DNA of 64,000 bases from Oceanispirochaeta sp. (GTDB taxonomy: Bacteria > Spirochaetota > Spirochaetia > DSM-2461), in assembly GCA_963663385.2 (NCBI GenBank), contig CAXXXD010000003.1, positions 416,001 to 480,000 on the forward strand. Direction: 5' to 3'. Below are positions 31,345-40,369 of this stretch, piece after piece (position 1 is the first letter of the stretch; each line of letters begins with the position of its first letter). The position numbers were made by a program, and so were the translations under genes. The notes beneath the pieces were generated by a model. It did not search any database and was not told the origin of the DNA. It saw nothing but the letters and a program-made list of their open reading frames with translations.

Positions 31345-32238
31345 ATGAACAAAGAGAATGTTAAATTGGCCATGGCTCCCATTGGTTGGACCAATGATGA
31401 TATGCCTGATCTGGGGGCTGAAAACACTTTTGAACAGTGTGTGAGCGAGATGGCTCTGGCGGGGTATACCGGTTCGGAAGTAGGGAACAAGTATCCGAAA
31501 GATCCGGCGGTTCTGAAAGAGTATCTGGATATCCGCGGGATCCAGATCTGTAACCAGTGGTTTAGTTCCTTTCTGGCTTCCCAGCCTTTTGAACAGGTCG
31601 AAAAGGATTTCAGAAATCAGTTGATGTTCCTGAAAGCCATGGGGGCGGACGTTATCGGTCCTTCCGAGCAGACCCGGTCCTGCCAGGGGCAGCTGGATGT
31701 TCCCATTTTTTCTGGAAAGGCGGAATTCAATACGGAAGAATTCAAAAGATTGACAGACGGCATGAACAAGCTGGGGCATATTGCCAGAGAAGAAGGTCTG
31801 ACCCTGGCTTATCATCACCACATGGGTACTGCCGTACAGACCATGGAAGAAACGGAACGTTTCCTCAATGATACGGATCCGGATAAGGTTACCCTTCTGT
31901 ATGACTGCGGTCACTTCTCTTTTGCCGGAGAGGATCCTGTTAAAGCCCTTGAAAAATTCATCAGCCGGGTTGGTCATGTACACCTTAAGGATATGCGTAA
32001 AAGTGTATACTCAGAAGTCCAGAGGAAAAACTCATCCTTCCTGGATGCGGTAAGAGACGGAGTTTTCACTGTTCCCGGCGACGGGGATGTGGATTTCCCT
32101 TCCATCTTTAAAATCCTAGAAGAAAATAACTACAAGGGATGGATGGTTGTAGAAGCGGAACAGGATCCGGCCAAGGCCAATCCTTTTGCCTATGCCAAGA
32201 TGGCACGCGAGTATATCCGGAAACATACGGATATTTAA
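31345..32238 (+). CDS. iolE: Myo-inosose-2 dehydratase
   Basis: APIGWTNDDMPDLG, YHHHMGT, HVHLKD, FTVPGDG, VVEAEQDP. Confidence 0.95.
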   Translation: MNKENVKLAMAPIGWTNDDMPDLGAENTFEQCVSEMALAGYTGSEVGNKYPKDPAVLKEYLDIRGIQICNQWFSSFLASQPFEQVEKDFRNQLMFLKAMGADVIGPSEQTRSCQGQLDVPIFSGKAEFNTEEFKRLTDGMNKLGHIAREEGLTLAYHHHMGTAVQTMEETERFLNDTDPDKVTLLYDCGHFSFAGEDPVKALEKFISRVGHVHLKDMRKSVYSEVQRKNSSFLDAVRDGVFTVPGDGDVDFPSIFKILEENNYKGWMVVEAEQDPAKANPFAYAKMAREYIRKHTDI

Positions 32239-32244
32239 TATAAG

Positions 32245-32312
32245 TATCCCTCTCCTTTATACTTTTCCATCGATCCCCGAGCGGAGTCGAGGGGGTTAAG
32301 GGGGGAGGGATA
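32245..32312. repeat. Nested hairpin / REP-like element between iolE and iolG
   Basis: Outer arms TATCCCTCTCCTTTA / TAAGGGGGGAGGGATA enclosing CCCCGAGCGGAGTCGAGGGG. Confidence 0.5.
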
Positions 32313-32346
32313 GAATAAAATGAATAGAATCCTGGAGAATAATGAT

Positions 32347-33360
32347 ATGAAAAAACAGTTAGTTATGGGAATTATCGGAGCCGGCCGGATTGGCAAGGTT
32401 CATGTAGAGAGTATCTGTACAAAGATTCCGGGAGCCCGGGTAAAGACTCTGGCTGATCCTTTTATGAATGCAGAGACCGAAGAGTGGGCTTCCGGCATGG
32501 GTGTGGAAAGAACAACAAAGGATTACAAAGAGATCCTGAATGACAGTGAAATAGAAGCGGTTCTGATTTGTACTCCCACCGATACCCATGCTCATATTAC
32601 ACAGGAAGCGGCCAAAGCGGGCAAGCATATTTTCTGTGAAAAACCCATCGACCTGGATGTGGAACGAATCAGGGAAACCCTTAAAATTGTTGAAGAGTCC
32701 GGTGTAAAGTTCCAGATCGGTTTCAACAGACGTTTTGATCATAACTTCAGAGCAATCAGAAATGCAGTGGATGCCGGTAAAGTAGGTGATCCTCAGATTA
32801 TTAAAGTTGTTTCCAGAGATCCCGGTCCTCCCCCCATTGAATATGTCAAAGTTTCAGGTGGAATCTTTGTGGATATGACCATTCATGACTTCGATATGGT
32901 TCGTTACCTCAGCGGCAGCGAAGTGGAAGAAGTATATGTACAGGGAGCCGTTCTGGTTGATCCCGCCATTGGTGAAGCCGGAGATATCGATACTGCCCTG
33001 ATCAGCTTGAAATTTGCCAACGGTGCAATCGGTATGATTGATAACTCCAGAAAAGCTGCTTACGGATATGACCAGAGAGCTGAAGTTTTTGGAAGTAAAG
33101 GGTCCGTGGCGACAGCTAATGATAATCCGTCCACAGCTATTATCAGCACCGAAGACGGTATAACCACAGAGAAACCTTTCCATTTCTTCCTGGAACGCTA
33201 TATGGATTCCTTTGTACAGGAAATGAGAGAGTTTATTGATGCCATTCAGAATGATGCGAAAACTCCCCTTGGCGGAATTGATGCCATAAGGCCAGTGCAG
33301 ATTGCCATGGCTGCAGGAGAATCTCTGAAAACCGGTAAACCTGTGAAAGTTGAATATTAA
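32347..33360 (+). CDS. iolG: Inositol 2-dehydrogenase
   Basis: GAGRIGKVH, CEKPI, GFNRRFDHNF, SRDP, SGGIFVDMTIHDFD, YGYDQRAEVFG. Confidence 0.92.
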   Translation: MKKQLVMGIIGAGRIGKVHVESICTKIPGARVKTLADPFMNAETEEWASGMGVERTTKDYKEILNDSEIEAVLICTPTDTHAHITQEAAKAGKHIFCEKPIDLDVERIRETLKIVEESGVKFQIGFNRRFDHNFRAIRNAVDAGKVGDPQIIKVVSRDPGPPPIEYVKVSGGIFVDMTIHDFDMVRYLSGSEVEEVYVQGAVLVDPAIGEAGDIDTALISLKFANGAIGMIDNSRKAAYGYDQRAEVFGSKGSVATANDNPSTAIISTEDGITTEKPFHFFLERYMDSFVQEMREFIDAIQNDAKTPLGGIDAIRPVQIAMAAGESLKTGKPVKVEY

Positions 33361-33399
33361 TCGACAATTAATAAGTGATAGTTTCTAATTAACTCCTTT

Positions 33400-33435
33400 G
33401 GGGTCCTCCTGGCAACAGGGGGGCCCTTCTTTTTA
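33400..33435 (+). terminator. Terminator of the iol operon
   Basis: GGGTCCTCCTG-GCAA-CAGGGGGGCCC followed by TTCTTTTT. Confidence 0.7.
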
Positions 33436-33506
33436 ATAGGAAATAAGTCGGGATTCTTGCAATATAACAGCTTTGTACTATAGAAAACTCAGAGGGACCT
33501 TTCAGA

Positions 33507-33716
33507 GGCGTAGCCGTAAGCGGACTGGAGATGGGTCTGAACAGTATGCGGTTGAAGTGGACCCGGGAAGAGGTTAATGAAAAACTGAAGCGGATTATGA
33601 AAGATATCCATCAAAGCTGCCGGGATGCGGCGGATATGGTCGGAACCCCCGGGAATTTTGTAAACGGGTCCAATATAGCCGGGTTTCCAAAAGTAGCGGA
33701 TTCCATGATTGATCAG
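33507..33716 (+). pseudogene. gdhA: C-terminal fragment of NADP-specific glutamate dehydrogenase
   Basis: GVAVSGLEMGLNSMRLKWTREEVNEKL...NFVNGSNIAGFPKVADSMIDQ with no N-terminal domains upstream. Confidence 0.75.
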
Positions 33717-33753
33717 GAGTTTGTGTCGTTTGGAAGAGTACCGCATAGGGTAT

Positions 33754-34401
33754 TCATAAATACACTTTCCCGAACCGGTCCTTGTAATCGCTTAAAAACT
33801 GATAGTAGAGATTTTTCCAGGTGGAGAGACGGAATGTGCCTTTCCGGGGATTCATAACCGAGCAGATGGAGGCATCGGTTCCTTTAACCTGAAATTCCCA
33901 GGTGCTCATGGTTTCCCCTTCATGGGTGAATTCAGGGCCGTTCCGCCCTCCCATGGTAGGGATCCTGTCAAAAACCTCCTGACTGAAAATAACGATAATA
34001 TCCGGTTCCAGCGAGGCAACCACATGTTTGAAAATCTCCTGGGACTCTTTCCACATCTGTCTGGAGGGAACCGAGTAGGGTTCTTCCAGTATCCCCTGGA
34101 GAAACTGATGATAGGCCGTGCTGTTCCAGAATTTCTTCCGGTCCAGACCGGACTTTCCCAGAAGGGACTGCTTCCAGTGCTGTTTTTCAGAAACGATTGA
34201 TTCCATGGCATTGAAAAGAGGGTCTTCCCTGCCGCTCTTTATTAGGGAAGAAATATACGAGGGAATTGTATGGTTCCCGTAACGGGCATCGAAATAGCTT
34301 CTGCCTACAAGGAGGGTTTTTCTGCTGTTGTTGTTTCCGTAATCCCTGCCGATCCAGGGGGGATAATTGACAGCCTCTCTAAAAGAGTATTTTCCCATCA
34401 C
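33754..34401 (-). CDS. Hypothetical protein (possible uracil-DNA-glycosylase-like fold)
   Basis: PWIGRDY, LLVGRSY, FWNSTAYHQF, LEPDIIVIF; GGAG RBS. Confidence 0.55.
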   Translation of the reverse strand: MMGKYSFREAVNYPPWIGRDYGNNNSRKTLLVGRSYFDARYGNHTIPSYISSLIKSGREDPLFNAMESIVSEKQHWKQSLLGKSGLDRKKFWNSTAYHQFLQGILEEPYSVPSRQMWKESQEIFKHVVASLEPDIIVIFSQEVFDRIPTMGGRNGPEFTHEGETMSTWEFQVKGTDASICSVMNPRKGTFRLSTWKNLYYQFLSDYKDRFGKVYL

Positions 34402-34459
34402 ATATATCTCCTATGCCGTAAATTCTAATCCGGCATAGGGATATGTCAATTCATTTTTT

Positions 34460-34864
34460 CTATTTCCTTTCTCCCACGCTCCACAGGGACAGCAAAATCA
34501 CAAGCTGGGGAGACAGGGCCGCCAGCCAGCGCAGAAGATCGGGTTTCAGCAGATTGGACATAAAAAAGTTCATCACAATGCTGATCAGCCAGAAAACACA
34601 GATAATGATATGGAGGATTCTGAAAAGGTTGCCGGGAATGGGAGCGAATAGTTCCGCCGCCAGGAAAAAACCGGCTAAAAGCTGGACAATCCCGAAAACA
34701 ATGGGGAATACATTACCGGATTTGCCGAACATTTTATTCACCCCCCGCAGGAGTTCCGCTCCGGTTGAATTGTATCCGTTTACAGCCAGCAGGCCGAAGG
34801 TGATAAGAACCAGAGCCAGAGCGATCTGGAGAAAAAAACTGGTATTGATGGATCTGTTTGCCAT
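34460..34864 (-). CDS. Hypothetical 4-TM membrane protein
   Basis: Start MANRS after AAGGAG; four hydrophobic helices. Confidence 0.65.
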   Translation of the reverse strand: MANRSINTSFFLQIALALVLITFGLLAVNGYNSTGAELLRGVNKMFGKSGNVFPIVFGIVQLLAGFFLAAELFAPIPGNLFRILHIIICVFWLISIVMNFFMSNLLKPDLLRWLAALSPQLVILLSLWSVGERK

Positions 34865-34976
34865 TGAAGACTCCTTCTTGTTTATAATAATACTATAAGG
34901 CAGTTTCCTTTTAATCTCAAAACTTTCATAGACGATTATCATTCCTGTTACTATATTATTCACTGGAGGCTTTATA

Positions 34977-35588
34977 ATGAATAAAGGTAAAAGAACGGGA
35001 CTGATTGTCCTGATAGTTATCGTACTGCTGGGAATGATGGGGTTTTCCTCTTTTTCCCGGACATATAATTCCATGGTAGGGATGGATGAATCGGTAAAGG
35101 CATCCTGGAGTCAGGTTGAGAATGTCTATCAGAGAAGAATGGACCTTATCCCCAACCTGGTTGAAACGGTGAAAGGTTATGCTTCCCATGAACAGGAAAC
35201 TTTTACACAGATTGCCGATGCCCGGTCCAAAGCCGGAGGTACCATGCAGATATCGGATGAGGTCCTGAACAATCCGGAAAGCTTTAAACGATTTCAGCAG
35301 GCCCAGAGTGAGCTGGGCAGCGCCCTGCAGAGGCTGCTGGTGGTTACGGAAAACTATCCCCAGCTGAAGGCTGATCAGAACTTCCTGGCTCTGCAGGACC
35401 AGCTGGAAGGTACGGAAAACCGGATTGCTGTTGAACGGAAACGTTTTAATGAATCGGTCAAAACCTATAATACCTATATAAAGCAGTTCCCGCGGGTTAT
35501 TATGGCCAATATGACAGGATTCCGGGAGAAGAGTTACTTTCAGGCTGCCGAGGGAGCTGAACAGGCTCCTGCTGTTTCCTTTGACTGA
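34977..35588 (+). CDS. lemA: LemA family protein
   Basis: WSQVENVYQRRMDLIPNLVETVKGYA, ENYPQLKA, LEGTENRIAVER. Confidence 0.95.
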   Translation: MNKGKRTGLIVLIVIVLLGMMGFSSFSRTYNSMVGMDESVKASWSQVENVYQRRMDLIPNLVETVKGYASHEQETFTQIADARSKAGGTMQISDEVLNNPESFKRFQQAQSELGSALQRLLVVTENYPQLKADQNFLALQDQLEGTENRIAVERKRFNESVKTYNTYIKQFPRVIMANMTGFREKSYFQAAEGAEQAPAVSFD

Positions 35589-35618
35589 CCCCTTTAAGCA
35601 AAACAGAAAGGAGAAGAT

Positions 35619-36308
35619 ATGTCTCAACTTGTAAGATCGAAATACCCTTTAAGCGATGATGATAAGAACCGTATAGCAAAAGCCGTGGAACTGGCTGAAA
35701 AAAAAACTTCAGGAGAGATAGCTACCGCTCTTATTAAAGAGAGTTCGGATTATGCGGTTTATGAGCTGTCTTTTTCGCTGATGGCGGGTTTTATTTATTT
35801 CTCAATTCTGCTGATTTTCTATCCTGCCGTTTCTTCCTGGGTGGAAAATCTCTTCTGGAGCTCTCAGAGCTGGTATGTTACGGCTCTCTACGGTTTGACA
35901 ACAATTCTGCTTATCGGTCTGACCTACTTTTTCAGCAATCTGCCCTTTGTGGACCGTTTGATTGTTCCCCGCAGGATCATGGAAGAGAAAGTTCGCAGCA
36001 GGGCCATGCAGCACTTTGCAGAATCCGGTGTGTATTCTACCAGAGACCATACGGGTATCCTAATTTTTATCTCCCTCCTGGAACGGCGGGTAGAGGTCCT
36101 GGCAGATAAAGGCATTAGCGAAAAAATCCCGCAGGACCAGTGGGACAGTCTGGTGGCTGACCTGTCCGCCGCAATAAAAGCCGGCGCCATGGCAGACGGG
36201 CTGTGTCAGGCCGTTGAGAGCTGCGGAAAGAAACTCTCCGGGCACTTTCCCATCAAAGCGGATGATACCAACGAGCTTTCAAACAGTGTGGACATACTGG
36301 AGTCATGA
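35619..36308 (+). CDS. TPM-domain membrane protein
   Basis: AEKKTSGEI, TGILIFISLLERRVEVLADKGI, NELSN. Confidence 0.85.
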   Translation: MSQLVRSKYPLSDDDKNRIAKAVELAEKKTSGEIATALIKESSDYAVYELSFSLMAGFIYFSILLIFYPAVSSWVENLFWSSQSWYVTALYGLTTILLIGLTYFFSNLPFVDRLIVPRRIMEEKVRSRAMQHFAESGVYSTRDHTGILIFISLLERRVEVLADKGISEKIPQDQWDSLVADLSAAIKAGAMADGLCQAVESCGKKLSGHFPIKADDTNELSNSVDILES

Positions 36309-37087
36309 TGATGAAAAAAAACAAACTGCTGATAATTCTTCTTGTAATGTCTTTTCTGACAGTCTCATTGAATGCCCTGTCTGTTCCTTCCCTGACAGGG
36401 CGGGTTGTGGATAACGCCGGGGTTCTGAGTACTTCCGCAGAGAAGGAACTCAACCGTTACCTGGAATCCCTTGAACAGTCTACGGGATCGCAGCTTGCTG
36501 TACTTACCATTCCCTCCCTGAAGGGCGACTCTCTGGAGGATTATTCCATCCGGGTAACGGATGAGTGGAAACTCGGGCAGTCCGGCAAAGACAATGGCGT
36601 TCTGCTGCTTGTCGCTCTGGAAGAGAGAAAAATCCGGATAGAGGTCGGATACGGTCTGGAAGGGCAGCTGACGGATGCCAAAAGCGGCTATATCATCCGG
36701 AACCTGATAGCGCCCTATTTTAAGGAAGGAGACTATGCCTCGGGTATTATGGTCGGTATCCAGTCCATCGGAGGTGTTATAAGCGGCGGCGAAGATATTA
36801 CTCCTTCCCGGATACAGGAAAGCCGGACGGAGCATTCATCCCGGTCGCTTCCCCTGAACTTTATAATCATTCTGTTTGTCATTTTTCTGAACTCCTTCGG
36901 CAGGATTGGGAGACGGGGCGGATTGCTCCGTATGCTGTTCTGGGGCAGCCTTTTCAGTAACGCCTCCCGTTCCAGAGGGGGATTCGGCGGCGGCTGGTCT
37001 TCCGGCGGAGGCGGCTTCGGCGGCGGAGGAGGGTTTTCCGGCGGGGGAGGCGGCTTTGGCGGAGGCGGCGCCTCCGGAGGATGGTAA
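36305..37087 (+). CDS. TPM-domain (YgcG-like) protein with Gly-rich tail
   Basis: GRVVDNAGVL, DNGVLLLV, RIEVGYGLEG, GGGGFGGGGASGGW. Confidence 0.9.
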   Translation: MMMKKNKLLIILLVMSFLTVSLNALSVPSLTGRVVDNAGVLSTSAEKELNRYLESLEQSTGSQLAVLTIPSLKGDSLEDYSIRVTDEWKLGQSGKDNGVLLLVALEERKIRIEVGYGLEGQLTDAKSGYIIRNLIAPYFKEGDYASGIMVGIQSIGGVISGGEDITPSRIQESRTEHSSRSLPLNFIIILFVIFLNSFGRIGRRGGLLRMLFWGSLFSNASRSRGGFGGGWSSGGGGFGGGGGFSGGGGGFGGGGASGGW

Positions 37088-37106
37088 CCCGGTAACCGGA
37101 CCTGTT

Positions 37107-37544
37107 CTACCAGCCGTATTCGCTGTAGAAAATGCCCTGTCCTATGCAGTCCAGGGCATCCTTTATGTAGGGAATGATTTTTTCCGGCAGATCATTCAGG
37201 AAAAACCAGGACAGGTCGCTGCATTTTCCGGGTTCCCTGTTCCGGATATTCCCTTCCCATTTACGGGCTGTGAAAAAAACATCTGTCCGGACCGAATCAT
37301 CCGAATTCCTGTGCATTATATGGGAGGCTGTGAGATCCTCAGGTTTTAACAGAATTCCCGCCTCTTCTTCAGCCTCTCTGATTATCGCCTGGGTATAGGA
37401 CTCTCCCTTATCCACATGACCCGCAATATAACTGTACCAGCCGTCCATAAAACCTGTGTTCTGTCTCTGCAGGAGCAGCACCTTCCCCTCATTGATAAGA
37501 ACAAGATAACTGGCGGGTATATTGGTATTTCTCTCTTTTTTCAC
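37107..37544 (-). CDS. NUDIX hydrolase
   Basis: AGHVDKGESYTQAIIREAEEEAGI Nudix box; NREPGKC. Confidence 0.9.
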   Translation of the reverse strand: MKKERNTNIPASYLVLINEGKVLLLQRQNTGFMDGWYSYIAGHVDKGESYTQAIIREAEEEAGILLKPEDLTASHIMHRNSDDSVRTDVFFTARKWEGNIRNREPGKCSDLSWFFLNDLPEKIIPYIKDALDCIGQGIFYSEYGW

Positions 37545-37558
37545 TCTGACACTCCTTT

Positions 37559-38119
37559 TTACAGAAACAGAATTCCCAGTGCAGCTCCCCCTGCAATATA
37601 GAGGGCCGGGTGCTTTTTGAAGACCAGATAGGTCGTCAGGATAAAAGCGAATATCCCCAGCCTGGCGGGATCAATCAGGTCGCTGATAATGCCGCTGCTC
37701 CGGTAGACAGGCCAGGGGATAACCGCCACAGTCAGAACATTGAAGGCTGCTGTCGCAATTAGACCCGTTACAGCGGGCCGCAGCCCCTGAAAGGCTGAGC
37801 GGACAAGGGGGGCTTCATTAAAATGAAAAAAGAATTTAGCCACAAGTACAATGATTATTATTGAGGGGGCAACCAGCCCTGCAGTGGCAACAACAGCCCC
37901 CGGGATGCCTGCCGATTCAAATCCCACATAGGTTGCCATATTGATTCCTATGGGACCGGGGGTGGACTGGGATACCGCTACCATATGAAAGAATTGCTCC
38001 AGGCTGAACCACCCGTTTGACAGAGCTGCATCCTGCAGGAGCGGTAGGGTCGCCAGACCGCCGCCTATGGTGAACAGTCCAATTTTGAAGAACTCCGCAA
38101 AGAGGGTAATCAGACTCAT
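37559..38119 (-). CDS. Short-chain chromate transporter (CHR family) subunit
   Basis: FFKIGLFTIGGG, SQSTPGPIGINMATYVG. Confidence 0.9.
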   Translation of the reverse strand: MSLITLFAEFFKIGLFTIGGGLATLPLLQDAALSNGWFSLEQFFHMVAVSQSTPGPIGINMATYVGFESAGIPGAVVATAGLVAPSIIIIVLVAKFFFHFNEAPLVRSAFQGLRPAVTGLIATAAFNVLTVAVIPWPVYRSSGIISDLIDPARLGIFAFILTTYLVFKKHPALYIAGGAALGILFL

Positions 38120-38676
38120 GCCTTTATCCCCTTACGGATGAGGTGGACAACTATCCCCGCCGAGATGGACAGTACCACAATCGGGATGGGAGACCACCCG
38201 CACAGAACTACCAGGGAGAAAGCCAGGAGGCAGATCACAAGCCCGGCTTTACCGGTCACGGATTTTATCCCGAATTTATAGACCGAGTGAATCAGAAGAA
38301 CGGCAACTGTGATATTGACGCCCCTCAGGGCTTTCTGAACATAGCTGTTATCACTGAAGGTTTTCAGAAACGCAGCTATAAAAGTTATAATGATCAGGGA
38401 AGGGGCGACCATGCCGGCTGTGGCCGCCAGGGCTCCGGGAATCCCGGCTGTCCGGTAACCCACAAATGTGGCCGTATTTACGGCAATAATACCGGGTGTT
38501 GACTGGCCGATGGCATAAAAATCCAGCAGTTCCTCTTCCGTAACCCACCTGCGGGTCTCTGCCAGTTCCCTCTGCATAATGGGGAGGATGGCATAGCCTC
38601 CTCCGAATGTAATGGCTCCCATCTTGAAAAAAATGGAAAAAAGCTCTCTTAAACGGGGTTTATCCTGTTTTTTCAT
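38116..38676 (-). CDS. Short-chain chromate transporter (CHR family) subunit
   Basis: FFKMGAITFGGG, GQSTPGIIAVNTATFVG; start MKKQDK. Confidence 0.9.
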   Translation of the reverse strand: MKKQDKPRLRELFSIFFKMGAITFGGGYAILPIMQRELAETRRWVTEEELLDFYAIGQSTPGIIAVNTATFVGYRTAGIPGALAATAGMVAPSLIIITFIAAFLKTFSDNSYVQKALRGVNITVAVLLIHSVYKFGIKSVTGKAGLVICLLAFSLVVLCGWSPIPIVVLSISAGIVVHLIRKGIKA

Positions 38677-38751
38677 AATTTTCCTAAAATAGATTAGTTC
38701 TTTTTTACTAGGATAACCCAAGGGTGATTTTCTGTAAATGGATGGAATCCC

Positions 38752-39369
38752 TTAAGTCGTACCGGCCAGCTTCAAAAGCCTGAAGGCAATAATCCACATA
38801 ATCATTCCAATCAGAGTATCCAGTACCTGCCAGGTCCGGGGGGTCCTGAAGAATGGAGCCAGTTTGCCCGCTCCAAGGCTGAGCCCGAAAAACCAGAGAA
38901 ATGACATGGTCAGGGCACCGGCGCCAAAGTAGTAGCGGCCCATCCCGGGGAAAGTCCCGCTCATACTGCCCAGCAGTACAACCGTATCCAGGTAAACGTG
39001 AGGATTCAGCAGGGTAACGGCCAGGGTCATCAAAACAACCTGCTGCCGGCTCTGTTCCCCGGATTCCTTCTTGTTCAGTCCGCCTGTATTTTTCCAGGCG
39101 GAAATAAAATTCCGGGTTCCACAGAAAAAAAGGAAGGCGGCGCCTCCCCAGGAAGCGGCCTTTATCAGTAGGGGAGACCGCTCAATTAAGGCCCCCATTC
39201 CGGCGACTCCTGCAATTATAAGCAGGGTATCGCATAAGGCACAGATAAGAGGAACCGTAAAAATATATCTCTTCCGTATCCCCTGGCTGAGAACGAAAGC
39301 GTTCTGGGCTCCTATGGCTATAATCAGTCCGGCACCTGTCCCCAGTCCGGTTATATAGGTTGTAAACAT
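38752..39369 (-). CDS. argO: LysE/ArgO amino-acid exporter
   Basis: LIIAIGAQNAFVLSQG, TLLNPHVYLDT; divergent from argP. Confidence 0.85.
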   Translation of the reverse strand: MFTTYITGLGTGAGLIIAIGAQNAFVLSQGIRKRYIFTVPLICALCDTLLIIAGVAGMGALIERSPLLIKAASWGGAAFLFFCGTRNFISAWKNTGGLNKKESGEQSRQQVVLMTLAVTLLNPHVYLDTVVLLGSMSGTFPGMGRYYFGAGALTMSFLWFFGLSLGAGKLAPFFRTPRTWQVLDTLIGMIMWIIAFRLLKLAGTT

Positions 39370-39447
39370 GCCTGTATGATAGGATATATGTTGTAATTAG
39401 TATAATTAATTATTATAAATAATCATAAGTAATGCTAATATTAAATT

Positions 39448-40341
39448 ATGCTGGATTATAAACAATTGGAAGCCCTTGCGGCTGTTGTGGAGGAAGGGGG
39501 GTTTGAACGGGCCGGTCAGAAGCTGCACATATCCCAGTCTGCGGTAACCCAGAGGATCAGGCAGCTTGAAGAACTGACGGGACAGATCCTTCTTGTGAGG
39601 AGTCAGCCGCCGGATGTAACCGGTCCGGGCAGTGTTCTTCTGGAGCACTTCCGGAAGGTAAAGCTTCTGGAGCAGGAGCTGGCCGAAAAGAATGAGCAGA
39701 ACTGTGAAAACCCTGTAATTCCTCTTGCCATAAATGCGGACAGCCTGGTTACCTGGTTTGCAGATGTAATGGCTTTGTATTTGAAGGAGGGCACCGGACT
39801 GCTGGACATTGTCAGCGCCGATCAGGATGTCACTCATAAACTGCTGGCAGAGGGTAAGGTTATGGGTTGTGTCAGTGCGTCAGCTTCGCCGGTGAGAGCC
39901 TGTCAAACAGTATTCCTGGGGGAGATGGTTTACCGTTTTGTCTGTACGGAAGAGTATAAACGCAGATTCTTTCCGGAAGGGGTAGATCTGGAGAGTCTCA
40001 ACCGGGCGCCGAAACTGAATTTCAACCGGGATGATCAGTTGATTAACAATTGGGCGGAAAATCTGTTTCCCGGAGCAAAGGGATTTGCAAACAGCCATTT
40101 TGCTCCATCTTCCAAACTGTTTCTTCCCCTGATCGGCAGGGGAGATGTGTGCGGGATGGTTCCGGATGAGCAGTTTTCGAGTTATCGAGGCGGGAAGAGA
40201 CTGGTTGATCTGTCACTGGGGCAGCCGGTAATGGTTCCCCTCTATTGGCACCGGTGGTCCATTGAGTCGGTGGAACTGGATTATTTAAGCCGCCTTATTA
40301 TCCGCACAGCCGGAGAGGAACTTCAGAATACAAAGAGTTGA
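39448..40341 (+). CDS. argP: LysR-family regulator ArgP/LysG
   Basis: MLDYKQLEAL...FERAGQKLHISQSAVTQRI, LAINADSLVTWF, PLYWHRW. Confidence 0.88.
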   Translation: MLDYKQLEALAAVVEEGGFERAGQKLHISQSAVTQRIRQLEELTGQILLVRSQPPDVTGPGSVLLEHFRKVKLLEQELAEKNEQNCENPVIPLAINADSLVTWFADVMALYLKEGTGLLDIVSADQDVTHKLLAEGKVMGCVSASASPVRACQTVFLGEMVYRFVCTEEYKRRFFPEGVDLESLNRAPKLNFNRDDQLINNWAENLFPGAKGFANSHFAPSSKLFLPLIGRGDVCGMVPDEQFSSYRGGKRLVDLSLGQPVMVPLYWHRWSIESVELDYLSRLIIRTAGEELQNTKS

Positions 40342-40369
40342 ACTGATATTCGTTATAGGAGTCATATCT

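Noticed and set aside
36977..37084. GGC-rich repetitive tract
   Set aside because: Encodes the normal Gly-rich tail of TPM/YgcG proteins; not a CRISPR array or mobile repeat
39373..39381. TATCATACA upstream of argO resembling the GntR operator
   Set aside because: The match is mostly the -10 hexamer and lacks the flanking TAT...ATA; argO is explained by the adjacent ArgP
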